DNA of 64,000 nucleotides from Batkoa obscura (Eukaryota): NCBI GenBank assembly GCA_030770535.1, contig JASVEC010000010.1, positions 1,240,001 to 1,304,000 of the forward strand, read 5' to 3'. Shown piece by piece: positions 1 to 10,425 of this stretch (position 1 is its first letter; each line of letters starts with the position of its first letter). The notes under the pieces were generated by a model. It saw only the letters and a program-made list of their open reading frames with translations, ran no database searches and was not told where the DNA came from. The position numbers and the translations under genes were made by a program.

Positions 1-2
1 AT

Positions 3-71
3 GCTCTTGGCCTTGGTGAAGTTGATCCAAAAGAATGCTCTAAATGCCCAAAGAAGAGAAAGCACTATTAA
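3..71 (+). CDS. 3' end of a gene truncated by the window edge (...ALGLGEVDPKECSKCPKKRKHY*)
   Basis: Coding-like frame ends in TAA at 69-71, followed by AT-rich sequence with AATAAA. The KECSKC motif resembles KECEKC in the convergent neighbour. Confidence 0.5.
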   Translation, partial: ALGLGEVDPKECSKCPKKRKHY

Positions 72-205
72 GCTTATAAAATTAATTTGATATATTTAAT
101 AAACTATTAATAATTATTTAATATTCTGATTATTGCTTTCTTTATATCAACTATTACATAGTAAAAAAATGTATAAATAATGTTTAATATTTTAATTTGA
201 TTTAT

Positions 206-496
206 TTAAGCAGAGTTACATTTCTCACATTCTTTCATATCATCAAATGGTCCACATAATGGATCTTCAGCATCAACTTTAACACAACCATTGGTAGTAG
301 CTATATACTGATAGGTATCAATCTTGCAATCCCCAGGTCTAGCTGAAGATAAGCATAATAAAGCTCTATTTGAAAGTTAATATGGTTAATAAGTTGAATT
401 TATGTTATACCTGTCATCTTCACTGATGGGACTTAAAGCTGCAACGGTGCTTAAACCAAGAAGTAAAGATATGAAGTTATTTTTTTTGATATACAT
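206..496 (-). CDS. Small secreted 6-Cys protein, Kunitz/BPTI-like (81 aa; exons 496-411 and 365-206)
   Basis: A 45-nt GT..AG intron (410-366) joins into MYIKKNNFISLLLGLSTVAALSPISEDDRALLCLSSARPGDCKIDTYQYIATTNGCVKVDAEDPLCGPFDDMKECEKCNSA*. It has a signal-peptide-like N-terminus and 6 Cys. Absent from the ORF track. Confidence 0.8.
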
Positions 497-1387
497 AGTT
501 TGACGGTTAATACAAAAATAAAGTTTTTTTCCTAAAGCTTTATAGTCTTTTTAAAAAACATAAGGTAATTATTGGTTTTAAAATCAAGTTGATCATTAAA
601 GATATCCTAATTCTAAGTTGAAAATTGAAAATCAAACATATTAAATTACTTTTTTTATTCTGACAGTTTATCACACCCTGATTTAATATTTGTAAAATAG
701 CAGTTCATCCTATGCTTGAAAATAAAATAGTATTTTTAAAATTATTAAAATTATGTTTGTATACACTTAAACTAAGCTAATCGAAATAGCATATGGGTGT
801 CTTTTTTTGTTCAAGAACCTTGCTAATATCTTTTTTATTTAATAGTGCTTAAAAATGGAAAAAGCGATTAAAGTAAAAAAGACATATCTATATAAAGACA
901 AAAGGTTAAATAATATGGTTTTTATATAATATTTATATTTAGTTTTACATATAACATGAACTCAATTAATATATTAAATACCATCATTTTAGCAAGTGCA
1001 AAATATCTTATTCTAATTTAAAACTCATTTATTACATTTACTATTGATTTTCTTTAGATGACAATCTTAGTATTTGTGAAGTATATTAAAAATTTAAACA
1101 CTTAAATCAAAAAGTACTTTATTAAAATTTATTGTCTTTTAAATTGAGTTATTGAAAATAAGAAATAAAAAATATTTAAAGCTGATGATATATTTATGTT
1201 TATCAAATGGTTGATTTGGTTTTTAATATTTAAACTTTATTACCTAATACAGATTAACATATTTAAAACTATAAATAAAATTATTTGAATAATTAGTTAT
1301 ATGAAAGGATTATAACTGAACTTAATAAATCAAGGATATAAATTGTATCCCTATTTTGGATGCTATGCTAGTACCTTATAGGTGTGA

Positions 1388-4264
1388 TCACATCAGTGAG
1401 CAATCTTTTTTCTCCTTTTTTTCTTTTTTCTCCTTCTTGGAGTCCGAGTTATTTGAAGAATATGTGAAATTTGTGTCGCCATAGTTTGTGCTTGCTAATT
1501 TAGAATTATATCCGTTTACACTTCCATTATAAGTTTGGGTATGAACGGATCCTGGTTGTGAATGTATAAGGTTTTGATACCCCTGTGTTTGAGACTTATT
1601 ACGTGATTTTTCCATTCGCTCTTTTAATTCTTCTAACCTCTTTTTAGCTGGGTCAAACCCTTGATTAGCAGCAGATTCATAACAGCGCATTGCAGCCTGC
1701 ATATCTTTATAAAATACACCTTCCCCCCTTTCGTGGCATGCCCCTAAGTTAAACATAGCAAATGGAGATCCAAGGTCAGCAGCTTTAGTATACCATTCAA
1801 CTGCAGAAAATGAGTCTTGTGCAACCCCTCGACCTGTTTGATAGCATTGGGCTAGATTAGTCATTGCAGAAGCATTATTTTGCTTCGCCGCCATTAAATA
1901 ATATTCAAATGCTTTTTCAGGGTTTATTTCAACACCTTTACCAGCGGAATAGCAAGTTCCTACATTCGATTGTGCATCTGGGTTACCTTTATCTGCTAGT
2001 TTCAAATAACATTTAAAGCTTTCTTGTTCTGAGGGTTGAACGCCCAAACCATCACGATAGCACGAAGCTAAAGCTAATGTAGCTTGTGAATGCCCTTCTT
2101 CGGAGGCATGATAAAACCATCTAAAGGCTTGTATATGATCTGCTTGAACTCCGTTTCCGTTAAAATAACATGATGCCAACATATACATACCTTCGGATTG
2201 TCCAGATTCGGCAGCAAGTTTTGAATAATGGTAACCAAGGTCATTGTTTACACTGGTTCCTTGGCCTTTAAGAAAACACTGAGCCAATGCACATTGAGCA
2301 CGTGCGTTACCCTGATCAGCTGCTCTTCTAAACCATTCAAGTGCTTGATTAGAATCCTTTTCTACACCATGGCCCATGAAAAATGAAATAGCAACTGACC
2401 TTTGTGCTCCTGGATGTCCTTGTTCAGCTGCTTTACGGAACCATTTATAAGCTTCTTCATAAGATTGTTTAACCCCCCTACCGTTTGCATAACATTCACC
2501 AAGATTGTGTTGTGCAGCTGGATTGTCCTGCATGGCTGCCTTTTTAAACCATCCAGCAGCCTCTTGTCTATCTTTAGGTGCTCCAAGACCAAAGTAATAA
2601 CATGAACCAACATTATTTTGAGCACGAGCATGACCCTGGAAAGCTGCTTTACGGAACCATTTAAGGGCTTCCTCATCATCTGGCAATAAACCTATACCAT
2701 GTTTATACATAATACCAAGAGAAAATTGGGCATCACTATGTCCCTTTTCTGCGGCCTTTAAATATAATTCATGGGCCTTGGTATATTCTTTATCTACACC
2801 TTCACCGTTATAATAATGGTATCCAAGTAAGTAAAGTGCTTGAGGGAACTCTTTTTCAGCGGATGCTTTCAAATAAGAAATGGCTTTCGAGATATCTACA
2901 GGTACCCCCAACCCAAGAGCATAACATTCTCCAAGAGAACATTGGGCGGCTGGGGAGCCTAAACGGGCAGCTTTGTTAAATAAAGCCAATGCCCTTGAGT
3001 TATCCGGATCTTCAACTCCATAGCCAAACCTATACATAATACCTAAGCGAGTAATGCCCTCAAGGTTACCTAAATTTGCAGCCTTTTGATAATAGTTTAA
3101 AGAAGCACGATAATTTCTACTTAAGCGTGCACCTTCGAAATATAAAGTCCCAACGGCCATATAAAAATCACCCAAATCATCGTCAGGATCCTTCTTCACA
3201 ATAGCAAATAAATCATCCTTAACCCCTTCATTTTCTTTATCCTTTTCAAAATGAGTTAATAACACTTCAAATTTATTTTCATCAATTGGACCAAACATGC
3301 CGGTTTTAGTGTTTAGTGAAGTGGGCTCATAAAATTTAGTCCCAAAAATAGTTCCAAGATCTTGTGCATCAGCTGCATGAATGTTTGTTTCATATAGCCC
3401 CATTGAGCGCTTAAGAAGTAGTCCAATTTCATCAGCATAGGGTCTCATCACTGGATCTGGGTGTTGACATCTACGCATTAAACTTTCATAATTTGGGGGA
3501 GTTGTTGGTGGAACATCTTCAATTATACCTTCTTGCTTATAAAATCCAATTTTAGAAACATCGGCCGCTTTTTGGTAAGGCCTCATACATGCACTAATTT
3601 CCCACATAACTACCCCCAATGCATAGACATCGGTTTTTTTACTTGGTTCTACACCAAATTTTTGAAAAATTTCTGGAGCCATCCATAAAGGGGATCCAGC
3701 ACCCATAAAAGTGAGTCCTTGTGTCATGCCTATATCTTTCTCAACACGACAAACACCAAAATCGGCAATCTTCGCTCTTAAATTTTCGCCATCAATTTCA
3801 ACTAACACATTATCTGATTTTATATCACGATGAATAATGTTTTTAGCATGAATAAAGTCCAATCCAAGCGCTATTTCCATTGTTAATTTTTGACGAGTAG
3901 CCCAGTTGTACTTATGAAAGTCGTTTTGAATTAATTTAGCCAAATCTTTACCATTAACATATTCCATTAATAAACAGGTACGGTTTTTATCATCAATACA
4001 GGTACCTACAAATTGAACAATATAAGGCGAATGTCCCAAAGTGGCTAAAGTTTTTGCTTCAAGTTTTAATGAAGCTACTATCTTTTTCATTTTATTGACA
4101 TTATCTCCATTCATATTTAATTGTTTCATAGCACATATCATACCAGCATATTTTACTAGGTAAACCGATCCGAAGGCACCTTTCCCTAACTCCCTTTCTT
4201 TTGTTACAAGGTTAAAATCAATGGTTTCATGAAACTTTGCAGCTGTTGCTTGCATAGCTTGCAT
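1388..4264 (-). CDS. TKL-type protein kinase fused to a long Sel1-like repeat array (958 aa, intronless)
   Basis: GKGAFG, AMK, HRDIKSDN, DFG and MAPE kinase motifs, then about 14-15 repeats of type A..LG..Y..G.GV..D...A..W...AA..G. Confidence 0.95.
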   Translation of the reverse strand: MQAMQATAAKFHETIDFNLVTKERELGKGAFGSVYLVKYAGMICAMKQLNMNGDNVNKMKKIVASLKLEAKTLATLGHSPYIVQFVGTCIDDKNRTCLLMEYVNGKDLAKLIQNDFHKYNWATRQKLTMEIALGLDFIHAKNIIHRDIKSDNVLVEIDGENLRAKIADFGVCRVEKDIGMTQGLTFMGAGSPLWMAPEIFQKFGVEPSKKTDVYALGVVMWEISACMRPYQKAADVSKIGFYKQEGIIEDVPPTTPPNYESLMRRCQHPDPVMRPYADEIGLLLKRSMGLYETNIHAADAQDLGTIFGTKFYEPTSLNTKTGMFGPIDENKFEVLLTHFEKDKENEGVKDDLFAIVKKDPDDDLGDFYMAVGTLYFEGARLSRNYRASLNYYQKAANLGNLEGITRLGIMYRFGYGVEDPDNSRALALFNKAARLGSPAAQCSLGECYALGLGVPVDISKAISYLKASAEKEFPQALYLLGYHYYNGEGVDKEYTKAHELYLKAAEKGHSDAQFSLGIMYKHGIGLLPDDEEALKWFRKAAFQGHARAQNNVGSCYYFGLGAPKDRQEAAGWFKKAAMQDNPAAQHNLGECYANGRGVKQSYEEAYKWFRKAAEQGHPGAQRSVAISFFMGHGVEKDSNQALEWFRRAADQGNARAQCALAQCFLKGQGTSVNNDLGYHYSKLAAESGQSEGMYMLASCYFNGNGVQADHIQAFRWFYHASEEGHSQATLALASCYRDGLGVQPSEQESFKCYLKLADKGNPDAQSNVGTCYSAGKGVEINPEKAFEYYLMAAKQNNASAMTNLAQCYQTGRGVAQDSFSAVEWYTKAADLGSPFAMFNLGACHERGEGVFYKDMQAAMRCYESAANQGFDPAKKRLEELKERMEKSRNKSQTQGYQNLIHSQPGSVHTQTYNGSVNGYNSKLASTNYGDTNFTYSSNNSDSKKEKKEKKEKKDCSLM

Positions 4265-4890
4265 CTCTAATAAGCTAAAGTTAGGATAAATCAGGGAATC
4301 ACTAAAGTTAATTACTTGAAGTTATTTGATATTATTTAAAGTTAATAATTAAAAAAATAAAAGTTAATTATATTTTGGCAATTTATCCATAACACATAAA
4401 TAATGGAGTTTTTAACCAATCATTATTTGCTATTTTATAGAAAGAAGTAGGGAGTTTTATCAATGTTAGAACACTATCATAGTTGAATTTTCTATTTTTA
4501 GAAAAAACGGAGCTTTATTATCATGCCCCCAAACATTTTAAAAGCTACACTAATAAAATTAAAATGTTATATTAAAAATTAAAATAACTCTTAAAAAAAT
4601 AGTTTACACAATAAATACATAGTGACTTTGTAATTGTGGGTCAACTATTTATCACTTACACAGTATTGAGTCAAAAGCAACGAGGTCTATTGTCCTAAAA
4701 TTCTATAATTTATTCCTTATATTTGTATAAATATTTGTAGTGTATGTTAAATTTTTCAATAATAAAAATAACATTAAGACTTAATAAATTAAACACATCA
4801 TTATAATTAAAAAAGTAAAAGTGTATTAAGGCCTAAAAACAAACTGTTATAACACAAATGAGGTATTTTAAGACTTTCAACATAATATAT

Positions 4891-4988
4891 GAGGATGTAT
4901 TTTTGTGTTTAAGAATTTTACTAACAAATTTTCCACTCAAATAGCGCTTAAAAAATGGAAAAATAATGAAACCAAAAAAAACAGCCCC
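4891..4988 (+). mobile_element. MITE copy (~98-bp family)
   Basis: ATAT|GAGGATGTATTTT...AAACAGCCCC|ATAT; nearly identical to the copy at 41244-41340. Confidence 0.85.
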
Positions 4989-5829
4989 ATATAAAAAATA
5001 AGACAACTGAGGGATAAAAATAAAGCTGCTAAATAATTAAAGTACTTGATGGTTTGACCATGAATTCTTATTGTGTAGCATTTAGAACCATACATATCAT
5101 AGAAGTATGTTTAATTCAAAATTATGTATCTTTTGAATAAAGCCCCATTTAATAACCTATTGGAATCATTTTTATATAGCGTTAAGTTTTTAAAATCTAT
5201 TAAACCTTAAAATATTTATAAATAAGCCATTTAAAATGGCAATACATTTACTCAAACCTCTTATTAGATTTGAAGATAAATATCAACATTTTATCTACTT
5301 TTCTATATTGACTATCCTTCTGTTTTTTAAGCTTGAAGCTAGAACAATAACTATTCGAAATAATTATAAATCCTCATGTACAGATATATTCAAAAAAAAG
5401 TCTTATATATTAATAAAGATGGAAATCGTATGTATCAGTTATATACTGTTATAATAAATACATCGTTTTACTTAATTCAAAAATGTGTCTTTTGATGCTA
5501 TTCATAAAAATGTAAGGATTTTTTTTAATAATTTCGCTAATAATTTTCGAGGTTTAATTTTGAAAGCAGGCAAAATACCAGAAGGAAAAAAATACTTGTA
5601 CATTTATTAAATGTTTTGATGAATACTTTTAAAATGTATAAGCGTTAAATGGATATCAATTGAAAATCGAGTTAACATAAAAATGTCTACGATACTCTTA
5701 TATTGAGTTTGGATTCATCAAGTTATTATTTTTTGATACAACAATTAGCATACCAATTTACTTCGTGTGTTTTGAGTTAACTACTTTTATTTCAATGAGA
5801 TATTAAATATTTATCAAAGAACATTATTT

Positions 5830-5958
5830 GAGGATTTTTTTTAAAATTTTACTAACAACTTTTCCACTCAAACAGCACTTAAAAAATGGGTAACAATGTT
5901 TCTGCTTAAATAGTGCTTAAAAGGCGGGAAAAATAATGAAACCAAAAAAATCATCCCC
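5830..5958 (+). mobile_element. MITE copy with internal duplication
   Basis: The core ..CTCAAATAGCACTTAAAA is present twice in tandem before the right end CATCCCC|ATAT. Confidence 0.7.
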
Positions 5959-6202
5959 ATATAATACCTATTTTTCCTGTTTTTATTTAATTTTTAAATT
6001 GTTAATAATTAGACTTTTATATTTTGATATAATATCAGTTTATTATAACATTATGCCAGCTTTTGAAAATTTACTTTCAGTAACGAAAAATCTATTAATA
6101 CTCCCAATATTTATAAATTTAAAACAATTCGTTAATATATAAATATCGATATAGTTAGCTATAGATTATAAAAAAATTAAATTACAAGCCAAAAAAATAT
6201 AT

Positions 6203-6298
6203 AGGGGTGTTTTTTCTATTTCAACATTTCTCCATTTTTAAGCGCTATTTGAGTGGAAAGATTGCTAGTAAAATTCTTAAACAAAAAAATCCATCCCT
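6203..6298 (-). mobile_element. MITE copy
   Basis: Reverse orientation of the family consensus with ATAT flanks. Confidence 0.8.
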
Positions 6299-7717
6299 AT
6301 ATTATTTCAGAGCTCTTGGATTTATTTTTAGTTGTATTACATGATTCTATCAAACACATTATTTAATTTATTGAAAATCATGCTTGGAAAAAAGCTTACT
6401 TTAAGCTCTATCTCTGGCATTACATCTAATTTTTTATTATAGGGAGAATATATATAGTTTAATTAAATATTTAAAATAGCACAAGAATAAATTTTAATAA
6501 TGAAATAATAAAACGCCTGTGTTTGTTAATCTTTTTGTTATTTTATTGATTTTTTATATAGCATAGAAATTAAAAAATTTAATAGTTTCTAAATAAAAAA
6601 TCCATGTTTTTTAAAATACCTGTGAACTATGTTTATACATAATCTTAGTAAAAATACTTTACCTTAAGCAAATAATTTAATGCTCATAATTAAAGTTGTA
6701 GTTAAGCTTTTTATTTACTTACTATTTTAATATTATCAGCTTTTAATATTTCAAAGTTTAAAGATAGTATGAAAACAATAAAACCTTTTAAATAAGCAAC
6801 AAAAATATTTAAAAATATCTTGTAAAATATACTTATATAAGTTAGACTTTTATAAAATCTGTTGTTTAAGTTAAATTTTTGTTTCTTTTTAAATAAAAAA
6901 CATAACTACAAAATTTTTATATTAACGTGATGACTCAACTAATAATATTGTACTATATTAGTGATAACAAACCACTCCCTCTAGAACATAACAAATATCA
7001 TATTTAGCAAAAAAAAAACTGGAATACATCAGTTGTCTCATACTATAGATTAAAACAAAATTAGGTATACTATAATACTGTACCTACTTAAAGCCTCTAG
7101 GTAATTCCAAGAGGCAATGTTAAAATCGACTTTGGTTGTAAAAGATGCTTAAAATGATAATATACATATATCATCTTAGTTTATTTATTTGTTAATACAA
7201 TAAGTTTGATACGAAAACTGCAAAAATACAATATTTATAATGTTCTGAAGTGAGTATTATAATGTGATCAAAAGGACAACTAAATTAATCTATTTTGATA
7301 ATTTAAACTAGTTTAAAGTGATTTATATTCATAATTTGATGATTACAAAAGTAACTATTAATATATTAAAATTTAATAAGCATTAAGCGCTATCAAACAA
7401 ATCGCCATAATATCCATGTTTGCTATGTATTAACTGCAGCAAAATAAGTCACTTGAACTATAGTTGACTAAAAGCTAAACTCAGGATAATTAATAAAAAA
7501 CGAAGGAATGATAAAAAACCTACCTATACTTACCGCTTTGATGTAAAACTATTTAAACAAAGTTTATATTTAAAAGTACAAAAAAAACAATAATGGTAAA
7601 TCAAAACCTTAGAATAAAATTAAAAATTGAGCTTCAGATATTAAAATAAATTGCAATATAATTTTAAACCAAGAGTAAAAGAATTATAAGTCTAAAAAAT
7701 AATAAATTTCATAAAAC

Positions 7718-8625
7718 TTAATTCCAGGGTCCAACATCAGATCTTTGACATCCTTGAGGGCATGAGCATTTACCACCAAACTCTTTAGGTAAATTTTCCA
7801 AATCAACATCTTTTTCAAGCACAGATTTATAACTACCACCTAAAAGGTCAATCTTAGAGAGGGTGACGGGGTCTAAGAAAGGTTTGACTAAACTAAAGAC
7901 TCCTCTGAATAAAAATGGGGCATTGATAATAACCATCTATGAAAAATAAGCATCAAATTATAAAAAACAAACAAAATTTTTACCTTTCCCATCATTTCTG
8001 GATAATAATCTTGAGCAATCTTAGCAGTCTCTTTGACGAAAGGAAGTACAGTTGTTGCTTGAGATAAAGCCACATCCTTTAAATCTAAAATGGTATAACA
8101 TTGTTCGATGTGTTTACCAGCCTTTTCAGAACAAGCTGGGAATTTCTTATTTTGTAAAATTTCATAACCGACGATAAAATGTTTAAGCATTAAATTTAAG
8201 GCTTTATCGTATTTTACGTTAGCATCTTTTTCATCTGGACAAAGGATATCAAACATTTTATTAACATTTACCTTACCAATTTGCTCAATATAAAGTGGTC
8301 GTCCCATCTTATCTACTTGATGATAAAATCTTGGATATATAGCCGTAACTTCTTCTTCATGAGGTAATTTATATTCTTTAACCAAATTATCAACATCCCA
8401 TTCCTTTCTCCAATTTTCAAAGTTACTAAGCATCTCAAAAGCAGCGTCCAAATTAAACTTACGTGCCCTTAAAAACCTTAATAAAAAATGGTCGTCATGT
8501 CTTTCTGGATAAAAGATACCAGCTGCGGTTAAACGTTCTTTAAATTCTGCGAGAGCTTGTTCTTGGTCTCCGGTGAGGCAGCCAACTCTTCCGGTACCCG
8601 GTTTCATTTCAATTACTTTGGACAT
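7718..8625 (-). CDS. SEC14: Sec14 CRAL-TRIO phosphatidylinositol transfer protein (exons 8625-7984, 7936-7718; ~286 aa)
   Basis: LLRFLRARKF, DKMGRPLY, AQDYYPEMMGK|MVIINAP and LPKEFGG..C.C..GC..SDVGPW; one GT-AG intron joins the two ORFs in frame. Confidence 0.93.
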
Positions 8626-9855
8626 ATTAAAGAGATAGGTTTTTTTTAGTAGTAACTGATAAACAAATTTAAGTTAAAAATGTTGTTTAGTTGTGGCTTA
8701 ATATAGTTTAAACTTGCCTTTTATTGGTTTGATTGGAACATGAATAGAATAGTATTTGTTGATATTTTATTGGTTTGATTCAGTTTAAAATTTTTAATCC
8801 TGCCAATCAAATATATTATTGTAAGTTGGTTTCTAATGCTTGTTCTTGATTGTTTCTTAATTAAACTCACCACTCTAATTAAAATTTCTATATGCAATTA
8901 ATTAAAATATGGCTAACCACATATATTTAATTATTTTTACTGTTGCGAAAATTACTTTGACTCAAATGCTTACAAAATAGTTATTATAATTTATTTTATT
9001 CATTATAAAGTATTAAGAAGCCAAAAAGTATTTGATTTGAGATGAACTTGACACTAAACTAATTTCAAATAGCACTATATAGCGTAAGCCTTATAAACAT
9101 ATGTTGAAAAAGTATTTTCAAACATAGTAGTTTATTTACATAACTAAAATAATTATTGTCACTAAAATTCATAAAGTAATCTTTATACTTGAATATCCAA
9201 TAGTATATTTTTCCCATTAAAAGATGTCATTCTAGGTTGATTATTCTGCATTTTCGAACTTATTCAAACTACCTCCGAAATGTTACAGTATAATAGTTTA
9301 AGAATATTAAGAACAAATTGTAAATAAAAGATATAGAATGTACAATAAATAGGCACATAGGGAAGTTAATAAGCTTTCAGTATATCTGTTTTTCAGTTAG
9401 TTTAATTTGGTTAAATCCTTTGTATAAACTCCAATTGTAGTTTTTGACATTCAAGTGGTATATAATTTGAAGATAAACTCAATTTAAAAATAAAAACAAA
9501 AATTGATTATCTATTATATAAAAGATTACTATATTAGTTTTACTATAAGCTATTTTTAAATTACTTTGAAAAAAATTGTAGTCGACTAAAATAATAAGCT
9601 AATACATTTTAATAAATATCTGGTTTGGCATTTTAAAATAAAAATAAATGAGTATTACTAAAAATAAGAACTTTATCAACAAACACTTGTTAAATAATTT
9701 ATGCTGTTTTATCAAAAGTTAAATAAGTATGATACTTAATACTTCTATTTGATTTGAGGTTTAAAATTATATTTCACAATTGAAAAAATCATTGAAGTTG
9801 TTATTTTATTTAATCTAAAAACCTTTCTACTATTACAAAACAAAAGTACTTTGTT

Positions 9856-9928
9856 AGCCTAATATGGGGCTCGAACCCATGACCCTGAGATTAAAAGTCT
9901 CATGCTCTACCGACTGAGCTAATCAGGC
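9856..9928 (-). tRNA. tRNA-Lys(UUU)
   Basis: GCCTGATTAGCTCAGTCGGTAGAGCATGAGACTTTTAATCTCAGGGTCATGGGTTCGAGCCCCATATTAGGCT; cloverleaf, anticodon loop CTTTTAA. Confidence 0.95.
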
Positions 9929-10058
9929 TTGTTATTGTACCACATGAAAAAAATATTTAAAGCTTCAGAAAACTTTTGTACTTATTTTTTAATGTTTTTT
10001 GCTAGTTATGAATAAATTTTTTTAATAATCCTAGCTATCTGATGGCTTCAATCTCTGG

Positions 10059-10425
10059 CCAATGATTGAATTTGTATCTTACTCGCCTTTATATCTTTCA
10101 TTGCTGCTCTTTGTTATTCTTTGTTTAACTCAAAGAATAGCAGACACGCTTTAAAGCCAATGGATTCTAATAATCTTTTAATTTCCACCAATTCATTCGC
10201 TCCTCACAATTTTGAGAGCCAATCAAATGTAACAATTGAAACTTGGTGATTGAATGCTTGAACTTAAACTCCAATTTTTAAAACACGAAAAAAAACACAT
10301 TGTCATTGAATTTTGAAATTCAATTTTTAAATTTAATTTTCAATATAAAAAATAAATTGAAATTGAAATTGAAACTTCATATTTCTATAACAATTACTTT
10401 TTATAAAAAAATAAAATAGGACGCG
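10059..10425 (+). promoter_or_regulatory. Promoter with CCAAT boxes (10059, 10157, 10188, 10219, 10271), SCB CACGAAA (10284-10290) and ACGCG (10421-10425)
   Basis: Motifs read directly upstream of the APSES gene ATG; function is inferred. Confidence 0.5.

Noticed and set aside
2362..2679. Overlapping or antisense ORFs inside real genes (2362, 2402, 11854, 11871, 16522, 16580, 35720, 38324, 45230, 45382, 46104, 52813)
   Set aside because: Shadow frames of coding or low-complexity sequence with no independent features.
7526..7540. ATACTTACC resembling the U1 snRNA 5' end
   Set aside because: No U1 stem-loops follow; the same string is the reverse complement of common splice donors.
10312..10317. 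CHR-like TTTGAA element
   Set aside because: TTTGAA and TTGAATT occur near many genes in this AT-rich window, so it is not discriminating.
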